This document shows positions 1-9,100 of a stretch of 35,972 nucleotides of DNA, piece after piece. The position numbers and the translations under genes are program-made. The notes beneath the pieces are model-generated. The model ran no database searches. It was not told where the DNA came from and worked only from the letters and a program-made list of their open reading frames with translations. Origin of the DNA: a virus; the IMG/VR virus record IMGVR_UViG_3300045988_035186; one strand, written 5' to 3'. Every line of letters begins with the position of its first letter. The first letter of the stretch is position 1.

Positions 1-45
1 GATCTGCGCATGTCTCGTGGGCTCGGAGATGTGTATAAGAGACAG
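1..45. other. Tn5/Nextera mosaic-end library adaptor (technical artefact, not genomic)
   Basis: 12..45 reads GTCTCGTGGGCTCGGAGATGTGTATAAGAGACAG (Nextera read-2 arm plus 19-bp ME). The exact reverse complement of 1..45 closes the window at 35928..35972. Confidence 0.95.
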
Positions 46-743
46 AAATAAAATCTGATGAATTTTATATTATAGAAATCGCAGGTTGTAAGGTCGTTTG
101 TGTCAAGCTCGTTTATAAGAATATAGTTTGCCGCAACGCCGAGCAAATATCCTGATTTTGTAACAATTGTATTTGAACCCACAAGAAAATCAATGGATAC
201 TCTTCTTCCGATTTGAGTGCGTATAAAACCGTTTAGATATTGCACACTTTCGGCTGTTACCTCATACGGATTTTTTATGTCGGTCAAAAGGCTTGCCGTC
301 GACATTGCAGTCTGATTGTTTTGCATATTTTGCATATTCTGTTCGTTTATCATTGCGGGGGTCGGCAATGTTTCTGGATTGTACGGCTGGGTTGAATCTA
401 TGTTCTGAATTTCACGAACCGCCAAATCATTTGCAACTTCGTTATTTTGACTTTCGGCAGGGATTGTCTGTGTAAGTTGATTTATCGACTGCCCCGACGC
501 AGGATTTCTTCTATTCAGTGCCTGTTGATCAGGACTGAAACTTTGATAATTCGGACTTGTGGGGCTAACCAATGTAGCCAGGTCAAGTATGGATGGAATT
601 TCGTAACCGTATTGCTGTATGGTATTTGGAATCTGGTTGTTTATACAATTATAATTATTGCAGGCTGAGGGATTGGTGTCGAGATTATACAGAGTATTTG
701 GGTTGAGCTGCTGCGCCTTTTTATTGTTGATGTAATTTACCAA
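46..743 (-). CDS. gerQ: GerQ-like spore coat protein, 3' partial (runs into the adaptor); not in the ORF track
   Basis: Hand translation from TTG at 743 (RBS GGAGTG 7 nt upstream, overlapping the stop of the upstream gene) is open for 232 codons to the adaptor. The N-terminal half is N/Q/P-rich. The C-terminus ...ESVQYLNGFIRTQIGRRVSIDFLVGSNTIVTKSGYLLGVAANYILINELDTNDLTTCDFYNIKFIRFY follows the pattern of the B. subtilis GerQ C-domain (ESYIENILRLNRGK..IYMTF....G.I...G.DHIIISDP..G...LL...YLDYITF). It forms an operon with a CwlJ-family gene. Confidence 0.55.
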
Positions 744-755
744 AACAAATCACTC

Positions 756-1199
756 CTATGTGTTTTTGTAAGCCTGTGTCGGAGAATAAAAACAATGTTT
801 ACCGATACGATTGTAAATCACGCCGATATTGGTAGGAAAATAGTTTGGACAGGTTGAGGAATAAGGATTAAAATAGAATAAAGAATTGCCGACCGAGCTG
901 TCAGTATTGCCTGCAAGTGCCCAATCTGCAATTTCGTAGTGTATATCTTCAGGTACAATATTATACACATTTTGCGAATTGTACTGACCCCCTACGGAAG
1001 TCTTTAAGCAGGTAAACTGATTTGGCTGTGTAATGATTGCCCGCACATCTCCACCGTTGCTTATCCGTGCAAATTCCCCGTAAGGAACAGTTGACCTGTT
1101 GATAATCACAGAGGCAACCGCACGCATACCTTCAATCCCCTCTCCTCCGCTTTCGCATTTTAACAACCGAGCAAACAATTCTCTTGTGTCAAAAGCCAT
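756..1199 (-). CDS. cwlJ: CwlJ/SleB-family cell wall hydrolase (Hydrolase_2 domain), spore cortex-lytic type
   Basis: ORF 756..1244; the likely start is the ATG at 1199 (RBS AAGGCGGGTGA), giving 147 aa. MAFDTRELFARLLKCESGGEGIEGMRAVASVIINR...ITQPNQF...ADWALAG...SLFYFNP matches the SleB/CwlJ catalytic-domain pattern, and the size matches CwlJ. Confidence 0.75.
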   Translation of the reverse strand: MAFDTRELFARLLKCESGGEGIEGMRAVASVIINRSTVPYGEFARISNGGDVRAIITQPNQFTCLKTSVGGQYNSQNVYNIVPEDIHYEIADWALAGNTDSSVGNSLFYFNPYSSTCPNYFPTNIGVIYNRIGKHCFYSPTQAYKNT

Positions 1200-1281
1200 A
1201 AAATCACCCGCCTTACGAAAAATAATTCGGTATTGCTTATTCATTTCATTTTATGATAAAATAATAATTTAGTTACAGGTA

Positions 1282-1310
1282 TTGACAATTTTTAATTGAG
1301 CCGTTATAAT
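1282..1310 (+). promoter_or_regulatory. Consensus sigma-70/sigA promoter of tRNA-Ser
   Basis: TTGACA (1282..1287), 17-nt spacer, TATAAT (1305..1310), about 24 nt upstream of the tRNA 5' end. Confidence 0.8.
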
Positions 1311-1333
1311 AGTTGAGTACGATAATTTAATAT

Positions 1334-1425
1334 GGAGATGTACCCAAGTGGCTGAAGGGTCTGGCTTCGAACACCAGTAGGTCGGTAACTCCGACGCGAG
1401 AGTTCAAATCTCTCCATCTCCGCCA
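1334..1425 (+). tRNA. tRNA-Ser (anticodon CGA), class II with long variable arm, encoded CCA
   Basis: Acceptor GGAGATG/CATCTCC; 3-bp D stem CCC/GGG with loop AAGTGGCTGAA; anticodon loop TTCGAAC (CGA; 31:39 is a C-A mismatch); variable arm GTCGG-TAACT-CCGAC; T arm GAGAG-TTCAAAT-CTCTC; discriminator G plus CCA. Confidence 0.9.
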
Positions 1426-1427
1426 AA

Positions 1428-1457
1428 AGCACTCGAGCAATCGGGTGCTTATTTTTT
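1428..1457 (+). terminator. Intrinsic terminator after tRNA-Ser
   Basis: AGCACTCG-AGCAAT-CGGGTGCT (8-bp stem with one G-U pair) followed by TATTTTTT. Confidence 0.8.
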
Positions 1458-1564
1458 GTGATAAACACTGAAAAATCGGCTAATTTGCTATGTTTTTCAA
1501 TCACTCAGCCTTTGCTTTTTGAGTGAATTTCGGTATCAAACAATATCAGCTAAAATCAATAAAG

Positions 1565-1588
1565 TTACACAGTAAATTACACAGTAAA
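1565..1588. repeat. Perfect 12-bp tandem direct repeat TTACACAGTAAA x2 at the prophage/host border
   Basis: 1565..1576 and 1577..1588 are identical. The repeat sits between the holin terminator and the tRNA. It is a candidate recombinase arm-type site. Confidence 0.6.
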
Positions 1589-1623
1589 AGCCCCTCAAAT
1601 ACCACTTTGGTATCCGAGGGGCT
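1585..1623 (-). terminator. Hairpin/terminator downstream of the holin (end of the late operon)
   Basis: AGCCCCTC...(inner stem ATACCA-CTT-TGGTAT)...GAGGGGCT. On the minus strand it is followed by only a short U run (TTTTAC). Confidence 0.5.
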
Positions 1624-1634
1624 AAACTTATGTA

Positions 1635-2090
1635 TTATTCTTTTTTATCGGTATCATAATCAGTCTTACTGTCAACCGAGTCTTTCAATCTGTGTACAAT
1701 TTTAACTAAAAACGGTGGAATCGGTGTTCCAAGCTCACTCAGATTTTCGAGAATACTTATAAGCTCATTGATAATAAGCCATACAGCCACAATCAATCCA
1801 AAGCAGTAGCTGCTGTAGTCAATTCCCACGCTTGTGAGTCCTGCGCAGATAAGATAATCAACAACACCGCCCACGCATACGAGAACGAGGTAGCTAACCT
1901 TCTTCAGTATTCCGATTAAACCTGTTTTACTTTTTAATTCACCGTTTCTGTACGCAGATGTCAATCCTGTAATATAATCAATAAGCATTACAGCGATGAG
2001 CACGAGAATTGGGATAAGTAAGATATTAAAATACGATATAAGTGCACCGATAGCTACTGAAACAGTAGCCTGAATAATATTGTCTTTCAT
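1635..2090 (-). CDS. Holin (phage_holin_4_1 / toxin-secretion-phage-lysis holin family)
   Basis: 151 aa with several TM helices and ...LIDYITG...GELKSKTG..GILKK...LENL.ELG.PIP motifs, then a charged C-tail. RBS GGAGGAA. Confidence 0.8.
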   Translation of the reverse strand: MKDNIIQATVSVAIGALISYFNILLIPILVLIAVMLIDYITGLTSAYRNGELKSKTGLIGILKKVSYLVLVCVGGVVDYLICAGLTSVGIDYSSYCFGLIVAVWLIINELISILENLSELGTPIPPFLVKIVHRLKDSVDSKTDYDTDKKE

Positions 2091-2093
2091 TTT

Positions 2094-2351
2094 TCATTCC
2101 TCCAATTTCTTACATTTATTTTCAAACTTTTTATAAGCGTCAAAATAAAGCTCGTTTTTATCACCGTTATAGGTAATTTCGTAGTACATACCATCCGGTA
2201 GAGAAGTACTTATCAAAGCTTTATAGTTTTGTAATGTTTTACAAGACCACACGACAAACACTTCAAAATCAGGAATTTCTTCCGATTTATCAAGATGAGC
2301 TAAAACATATTCTGAAACTTCAATTCTTGCCAAATCTAAAAAATTATTCAT
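2094..2351 (-). CDS. Small soluble protein between endolysin and holin (resembles the DUF6275-type phage family)
   Basis: 85 aa, no TM segment. VVWSCKTLQNYKALISTSLPDGMYYEITYNGDKNELYFDAYKK recalls a family seen in Firmicute prophage lysis regions. RBS GGAGGG. Confidence 0.4.
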   Translation of the reverse strand: MNNFLDLARIEVSEYVLAHLDKSEEIPDFEVFVVWSCKTLQNYKALISTSLPDGMYYEITYNGDKNELYFDAYKKFENKCKKLEE

Positions 2352-2364
2352 AGCTAACCCTCCA

Positions 2365-3387
2365 TTATGTCAAAGTAATCTGCAGACCGTCAATCTTTGT
2401 GCCGATAACGCCTGCGTAGCCGTCCTGCTCGCTGTTTTTTTCGGTGTTGTGCTGCCAATCCCAAAAGCCTGCACCCTGCTTACGCACTCTGTATGTAGCC
2501 TTGAAGTCGCTCACGCCGCTAAACTCGACCTGTACGGCATCAATGACTTTGCCTTTAATGCCTGCATAACCATTGTCGCTATCGCTGATGTCATAGCCGT
2601 TTACCCACGGCAGCCAGTCACCATTAAGCAAGTGCACACGATAGCGAGTTTTACCTTTTGATACTTTAAGAGCAATAGCTGAAATAGCTTGTTTCTTTCG
2701 TCCTGCTACATTTGACAAGCCCTTGACCTCGCTGTACCACTTGCCGTCTGCAAAGACTCTATATGTCAGCGTTGGCTTTTTAACCTTTGTTTCAGATTTG
2801 CCGAAGATGTTATCGTTGTAAATTACATTAGTATCAATATTTCCGCCATAGCCGTTGATTTTGCCTGTCGAGCTGTTCTGCCAAATATCACAGTTTAATT
2901 CATTTACGGAGTTATATTGTGCAAGCCAAATACTGTATTTTCTCTTCAATTCATCATAATCAAGACAGTTGTTAAACCAATTCAGATTAGCGTATATACC
3001 TGCTCTGTAGTTACTTTTCTTGATAGTTTCGCAGAAGCGTTCTGCAATCGCTGTAAGTTTTGTTTTGCCGAGTTTAACCATTGAATAATCTTCCAAATCA
3101 TAATAAATTGGCATATCGAAATATTTATTTTCAACACACTCAAGGCAGGCTTTTGCTTCTTTTTCTGCATCATCGACACTATCAGCATAACTGTACCAAT
3201 AGGCACCGATTTTAAGTCCAGCCTCTTTAGCATTACGGTAATGACTTTCAAACATTGTGTCTTTTTGCGATGTTTCTCTGCCATAGCCAGCTCTGATTAT
3301 GACCGCTTTTATGCCGTCATTTTTCATTTTGTTGAAGTCGATATTTTGCTGAAATTCCGAAATATCAACGCAAGTAATTTTTGACAT
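2365..3387 (-). CDS. Endolysin: N-terminal GH25 muramidase plus three C-terminal ChW-like (clostridial hydrophobic-W) wall-binding repeats
   Basis: N-terminus VDISEFQQNIDFNKMKNDGIKAVIIRAGYG...YWYSYA...DLE is GH25-like. C-terminal repeats: YRVFADGKWYSEV..., YRVHLLNGDWLPWVNGYD...GYAGIKGKVIDAVQVEF, YRVRKQGAGFWDWQHN...GYAGVIGTKIDGLQITL. Confidence 0.8.
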   Translation of the reverse strand: MSKITCVDISEFQQNIDFNKMKNDGIKAVIIRAGYGRETSQKDTMFESHYRNAKEAGLKIGAYWYSYADSVDDAEKEAKACLECVENKYFDMPIYYDLEDYSMVKLGKTKLTAIAERFCETIKKSNYRAGIYANLNWFNNCLDYDELKRKYSIWLAQYNSVNELNCDIWQNSSTGKINGYGGNIDTNVIYNDNIFGKSETKVKKPTLTYRVFADGKWYSEVKGLSNVAGRKKQAISAIALKVSKGKTRYRVHLLNGDWLPWVNGYDISDSDNGYAGIKGKVIDAVQVEFSGVSDFKATYRVRKQGAGFWDWQHNTEKNSEQDGYAGVIGTKIDGLQITLT

Positions 3388-3390
3388 ATA

Positions 3391-3603
3391 TTAAACCCCC
3401 CATACAGCCATAATAGCATTGTAGTATTCTTCAGAAAGCTGTTCTTTTAAAAGCAACTTATCTTCTTCGCGATTCATATAAGCGTTACGTACATTCTCGC
3501 CAATCTGTACGTCTTTTCCGTCGATAACAACAAACTTCTGTCTCAACACACTCACGCTGTCCTTGGTAAGCGCATCAAGCGTAATTTTATCTTTAAGTTC
3601 CAT
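3391..3603 (-). CDS. Hypothetical small protein (between tail fibre and endolysin)
   Basis: 70 aa, RBS AGGAGG, tightly packed in the operon. No motif recognised. Confidence 0.5.
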   Translation of the reverse strand: MELKDKITLDALTKDSVSVLRQKFVVIDGKDVQIGENVRNAYMNREEDKLLLKEQLSEEYYNAIMAVWGV

Positions 3604-3614
3604 AAACTTACCTC

Positions 3615-4406
3615 CTACTGTCTGATATATGTAATTGTAAGATTAATTTTCTCATCTTCAACAAATTTATCCATCGGTGAGCTGATGTAGAGCCACGAGC
3701 CATCAAGTCTTATATTCCTTAGCTTATTTGTAGTTGAGTACACAGCAAAGCACGACAACTTACTTTCAATTTTTGCTGGGAAAGGCAATCCTGACATCTG
3801 GATGTATGATTTATCGGCAATAAGTTTTGTAATATTTACCGATACTGTAACCACCTTACCGTTTTTCACATAATCAAATCTTCCCGCACAGCCCTCATAA
3901 CTTGGTTGCGCCGGAGATAATTCTCCTGTACCGCTCTCAATATTTGAGCTATTATATTTTGTTGCAATACTTTGATTGAGAGTATTAACGCTGTTATATA
4001 AGGTGCCACTTGTGATATAGTTAGGACTATTCTCTTTAGGCGCAGCATCAAATGGCTTTTTGTCAAGCTTAAGGTTTAACGATCTGTTTATATATGTTTT
4101 GTCGTAAGCATCGGTAATTCCGTAACCGGCAAGAGTATCCGCCTTATCCGCTTTAAGATTAATCTTCATTGTCACTGTTTCGTCAATGTCTGTTATTTCA
4201 TCTTCAAGCTCGGTTTTATCTGCCTTTGCAGATAAGGCTGTGTTAATCGCAATTATTCTCTCGCTTAGCGTGTTGATGTTGCCATCCGCAAGCGCTATGT
4301 CTATGCTGTTCTCGTATATGCCGTTTTCGATTTTGTTCAGGCTTTCTGCGCAAAGTGGTGTAGCTGTGCTCGGTGCGTCTTCCCAATTTGTTTTTGTGTA
4401 TGCCAT
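3615..4406 (-). CDS. Tail fibre / receptor-binding protein candidate
   Basis: 263 aa. The N-terminus MAYTKTNWEDAPSTATPLCAESLNKIENGI is the conserved phage fibre N-terminal motif, followed by a coiled-coil stretch and then a beta-rich C-terminus. It is the last structural gene. Confidence 0.6.
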   Translation of the reverse strand: MAYTKTNWEDAPSTATPLCAESLNKIENGIYENSIDIALADGNINTLSERIIAINTALSAKADKTELEDEITDIDETVTMKINLKADKADTLAGYGITDAYDKTYINRSLNLKLDKKPFDAAPKENSPNYITSGTLYNSVNTLNQSIATKYNSSNIESGTGELSPAQPSYEGCAGRFDYVKNGKVVTVSVNITKLIADKSYIQMSGLPFPAKIESKLSCFAVYSTTNKLRNIRLDGSWLYISSPMDKFVEDEKINLTITYIRQ

Positions 4407-4411
4407 AATAT

Positions 4412-5704
4412 TTATTCCCCCTTTGCCTCTATGCTGTCTGTCAGAGCTTTAATTCCGCTCAGTGTACGGCTCAACACATAGGCTTTTACTTTCTCTTTTT
4501 TAGGTTGTCCTGCGTTATCATAGACAAAATCACCGTTTGAATCAGTAACATAGCTTTCAATTTCTAATCCGTCACCAATCTGCACCCAAGGCCTGCCGTC
4601 AAGAGTAGCTGCAAGCGGTGTGTACGAACAGTTATAAAAGCGCTCGCCTGTTTTTCCACTTATAAGATTTTGCACATTGTGAACTAAAGCACCGCCTGTG
4701 CCGTCATCTTTTTGCCAACAAACTACATTTTTTGTAAAATCATATGTTACAACATCCTCACCCCACTGTGATTCTGCAACGGTAGTTTTAGCTTTTCTGT
4801 CGGTGAACGAGTAACCGTACGAAAAATTAAAACTGTTATAACCTGTACAATCGTATTCCTCTCCGTAAAGATTTTCGTAAAAATCATACGTTTCTGTATT
4901 TTTGCCAAGTTCAATATATCTGAATACACCTTTACCTTTATTCGGCACAACAGCACCGAATAAACCGAGCATTTCACAACAATTTTTTAGTATCTCGCCG
5001 TATGTAATCGTGTCTGAATTTTCAAGCCACGCCTGATTATATGTCGGAAAATCACGCACGGTAAGCCCTGACTGTTGGTTTATTACTTCGTCGAGAATTT
5101 CTTTGTTATCCTCGACCTGAATCATATGCTTTCCGTTGTAGTTAAGGCATAGCACAACCAATTCGCCGATTTTATAGCCGTTTGGATAAGTTTTCCATAA
5201 ATTAAACAGCTTATTTGTTGCGTCAATATCATATAACATAGAGAGTGCGTCATAAGCGACAATGTGTCGCTTATTGCGGTTATTCTTGTCAAGCTTGGCA
5301 CTGTCAATAATACCGCTAAACAAATAATATTCCTTTGCAGCTACGGTTTCTCCCGGCAAAAGTGATGTACCTAAAAACAGCTTTGCAGATGGCAGCAGCT
5401 TTTCTCCGCTCGGAAAACGCTGCGTTAATTTTACACTTATCCATTTACCGACAAGGTCTGTTGTAAAAATTCTGTCGTCTGAATTTACAAGGTCAATATC
5501 AAATTCAGAAGCAATACAACCGCCGAATTTTAATTTACTTTCGTCACAAATTGACTGTGTAAGGCTCATACTTTCACTCGCTATATTTTTCTCTGTTATA
5601 TCCGGATATTCACCGTCGGGAAATGAGATTGTCAGTATATTTTCAATCAGATTTTCAATAGTCTGCTTTTTGTGCAGACTTGAAACTTCAAGCAAATTAA
5701 CCAC
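4412..5704 (-). CDS. Tail tip / Tal-like baseplate protein (assigned by position)
   Basis: 430 aa, directly downstream of the Dit-position gene. The true start may be the TTG at 5695 (RBS AGAGGTG). Confidence 0.4.
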   Translation of the reverse strand: MVNLLEVSSLHKKQTIENLIENILTISFPDGEYPDITEKNIASESMSLTQSICDESKLKFGGCIASEFDIDLVNSDDRIFTTDLVGKWISVKLTQRFPSGEKLLPSAKLFLGTSLLPGETVAAKEYYLFSGIIDSAKLDKNNRNKRHIVAYDALSMLYDIDATNKLFNLWKTYPNGYKIGELVVLCLNYNGKHMIQVEDNKEILDEVINQQSGLTVRDFPTYNQAWLENSDTITYGEILKNCCEMLGLFGAVVPNKGKGVFRYIELGKNTETYDFYENLYGEEYDCTGYNSFNFSYGYSFTDRKAKTTVAESQWGEDVVTYDFTKNVVCWQKDDGTGGALVHNVQNLISGKTGERFYNCSYTPLAATLDGRPWVQIGDGLEIESYVTDSNGDFVYDNAGQPKKEKVKAYVLSRTLSGIKALTDSIEAKGE

Positions 5705-5707
5705 CTC

Positions 5708-6124
5708 TTAGTATTCAATGAATGTAAATGTTAAGGCGGAATATTTTATATTATCCGCAGTAATTATCTTTGGTGTGTATGTAATATCGGGCATATATGC
5801 GGTCATTGTACGATAAGCAAGGAGTTCATCGTCCCAATATTCAACATTGAGCTTGCGTTGCTGAGAATTTGACATAGCACCGTTTAAAACACTGCGAATA
5901 GTTCTCATTTCAGCAAGGGTAAGACCGTCCTTGGTATTGAATGTAATCTTAGTTTTGTTGTTCGGTGATGTTACTCGCCTTAAAAGGTTGTTGCTGTCAC
6001 GATAAGCTTTAATCTCCGTACGCTGTAAAGGTGTGGCTTGATAACTTTCTTTAGCTATGAGCTTATGTGGAAACTGCAAGCCGTTTTTCGGGAATTTAAT
6101 TAAATAGCCTTTAAATTCACTCAA
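5708..6124 (-). CDS. Distal tail protein-position gene (short, Dit-like by synteny only)
   Basis: 138 aa, TTG start with RBS AAGGAGGG, immediately after the tape measure. Confidence 0.35.
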   Translation of the reverse strand: MSEFKGYLIKFPKNGLQFPHKLIAKESYQATPLQRTEIKAYRDSNNLLRRVTSPNNKTKITFNTKDGLTLAEMRTIRSVLNGAMSNSQQRKLNVEYWDDELLAYRTMTAYMPDITYTPKIITADNIKYSALTFTFIEY

Positions 6125-6136
6125 TCTTATCCCTCC

Positions 6137-9100
6137 TTACGCAAAAGCGGACCTGCCTGTGCGTTTCTTGATTTTGTTGTTCTCATCAGCAACAGCCTCA
6201 AAAAGCACTCTGCCGTCAGGCATAGTCAAGGTAATGTGAATATCTCCGCTGTTGCCTGTTCCGCCGTACTCCGCAAGCACCTCAGCCATAGCCTGTTTCA
6301 TCGCTGATATTGGCGAAACAACTTCCGCTTCACGCTTATTATCGCCGAGAACTGCAAGAAATTCACCGTAATTTGCAGGTACATATGTGCCTGTAGCAAG
6401 TTTGGGGATGTGCACCTCATCAAGCTGCCCGGCGTGCCATTCCTGTCCGAATAGCTTGCCGATAGCGTTGGCAACCGTATCCACACCGCTTAGCATTCCG
6501 TTTAACGCTGAAATAAAGCCATTGATAAAATTTTCAAGTCCAGTTAAAACATTGTTAAGAGGCTTTTTGATGATGTTATACAAGGGTTCAAAAACATTTG
6601 AAAAGATTGTTTTTATAGGTTCTAAAGCCTTTCTTATATTCTTTAACATCATGGTAATGACACTCTGTACCTTTATACTTGTATCAGATAAACCATTGAC
6701 AAGACCTAAAACTGTATATTGTCCACGCTTATACATTTCTTTTGACGGAGAATGTATATCCATTGCACTGTCATATTCTCTTAATATAGTGTTTGCAAGT
6801 CCGTTACTGTTTTTTACAAGGGCTTCTTGATATTCCTGTGTACCCTCAACAAGTCCCATTACAGTGTTTTTTCCTGAGTCTTTGGCGGCTTCTTCAAGTT
6901 TGTTTAATGTTTTCCATTGCGAGTTTTGTACATCTTCAAGACTGATCATTCCAGCTTTGTATGTCATTAAAACTGCTACAGCATCGGAATAATCTCCTTT
7001 GAGAACTTTTTGAACATCAGACATATCATCTTGTGTCATTATTAGCTTGTTAAGCCCAGCTGTACATTCATTGTATGAATTTTTTAGTTTCATTAAAGAA
7101 TTTATTTCTTCGTATCCACCGTTGCCTAACACGGTTTCAATATTATTTTTTGCGTCAATTCTATCATCTGCTTTTAAAGAATTATTTTTATATCTCTCGT
7201 ACTGGTTAATAAGCCAACTGTAAGTTTTTCCACTCTGCTTTAATTTGTTTTCAATTTGAGTCTGCTTAGAATTAAGTTCTGAAAGCAATTCGCTTTGATT
7301 TTTTCTTGCTGAAATTATAGATTTAGAATTTTCGGTTTGTAATTCTGATAAAGCCGAACTGTTAGCTAATAATTGATATTGATCAATCGTATTATTGATT
7401 TCATCTTGTATCTCAGATAAATCACCTTTCAGCTCAACCTTACCCCCATCGCTTATTGTGACATAATTATCCCATGTATCGCTAAAGCCGCTAACATTAT
7501 CTTTAAAATATGTAACGATAGTTTGCAATTCTGACTGTTCTTCGGGAGTAAGTTCAGCTTTGCTGATTAAGGTTTCAAGTTTATCCTGATATTCATCAAT
7601 CAATGTATTATCAGCATAGAGCTGGTCAACCTTATCTAATGTATTTTTGATTGTGTCTGTAATTTTCTGCGTTGTATTTTCAAGTCTGTTTTTCACATCG
7701 TCTATTTCATCACAAAACTTTTTAGCCTCAGAATTGCTCCATTTTAGTTCATTGTAAATTTGAACCGCTGAAACAATACCCGTTATTGCGCTTGCTATAA
7801 TAAGCAGAGGGTTAGCCGAAATAACCGAACTGATGTTTTTAACTGCTGATGTGACTTCACTTATACCACTCGCAATAGTCTTACCTGTCTTGAATGCGAT
7901 AACTGCTGCGGCAACAGCGCCAATACCCGTTGCTACTGCTTTTAACATATCCGGACTTATCTTATTAACTATATCTGAAATTGTCTCAAGAGCCTCAGAA
8001 AACAAATTTAACAAATCCGGTACAGCTTTCTCAATCGTCCATTTTGCAAGCGGCAATAAAACATTCTTGTACGCTTGTTTTAGCTTATCTCCGCAAGCCT
8101 TGAGCAGATTTCTGAATCCCTCGGTCAAGCGTTCAACCGCCTGTGCAACGGGGTTAATGTCAAGGTCCTCAAGCCATTCGAGGCGGTCAGCTGACATTTC
8201 ATCAAGCAGCCCTGTTATATCTTCGACAATGCCTAATATGCTCTCCCAAATTTTTCTGCCTGTATCGTTTTTCTCCCAAGCGTCTTTAATTTTGGTTCTG
8301 AGAGTTTCAGTATAGTTATTGCAGTTGCGGATAATCTCAAGTATATTGCTCCAAATTTTCTCGCCCTTACCGTCATTCCACACATGCCTGAATGTATCGC
8401 CTACCGTATCCAAAAGCTCAACAAGGCTGTTCCACTTGTCGATAAATGACTGTACAACGCTGTCGCCTAACCCTGCTTTGTCCCAAGCATTTGTAAAAGC
8501 CTCTGCGATATCACCTACTGTGCTTACGAAAGTGTTAATTAAAGCGTTGATATTTCCAAGCACCTTTTCGCCTGTACCGTTATTCCACACTTTTGCCCAC
8601 GAATTTTTAATCGTTACGCAGGCGGTTTTTACCTTGTCAAGCGAATTTACAATATTGTCAATAGTCTTTCTTGTGTGCCTGTCGCTTTCAAGCATAGCTT
8701 GCTCAAGTGCATTTTGCATTGATTTGATTTCAGAGCTTGGCGCTTGCGTACTTGTGTCTGAGCTGTTGTCCGAGGTGTCGCTCATCACATTGAGTTCATC
8801 AAAGCCTGCAAGGTTTTTCTGTAAGTCCTCAGCTGCCTCCGATGTTTTTTCAATCTCAGATGTAGAACTGTCCGCTTGACTTGCAAGGTCTGACATATCG
8901 CTTACAGCTGAGCTTGTCGCATTGCTTGTTGCAGTAGAATAGCCGAACACCTGAGCTGTAAAGTCTTTAAACTTCTGTGCCGCAACGCTAAGTCTTGAAA
9001 TAAACTGATTAATGCAATTAAGCAGCGGAGTAAAAGCATTTATCAAGCCTTGACCGATTGTAGCCTTGATACTGTCAAACTGCAGCTGTAAAATTCTCGT

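Noticed and set aside
46-54. Circular closure: joining the left end to the right end would finish the gerQ-like frame as ...FIRFYL followed by a stop
   Set aside because: A stop within two codons is likely by chance in AT-rich sequence. The adaptor junction 9-mers do not match, and right-end phage promoter DNA is not a plausible continuation of a host operon.
293-668. Plus-strand ORFs 293..475 and 447..668 from the ORF track
   Set aside because: They are antisense to a 232-codon open minus-strand frame with a GerQ-like C-domain and an RBS. Their own sequences are Cys/Leu-rich antisense-type translations with no RBS.
1304-1504. 66-aa minus-strand ORF
   Set aside because: It is fully explained by tRNA-Ser(CGA), its promoter and its terminator on the plus strand.
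8240-8610. Periodic DNA/protein repeats (HVWNDGKGEKIW, DAWEKNDTGRKIW, KVWNNGTGEKV) that might suggest a repeat array or a DGR target
   Set aside because: They are in-frame degenerate tape-measure repeats (W..G.G.K.W), a normal feature of this protein family. There is no reverse transcriptase or template repeat in the window.
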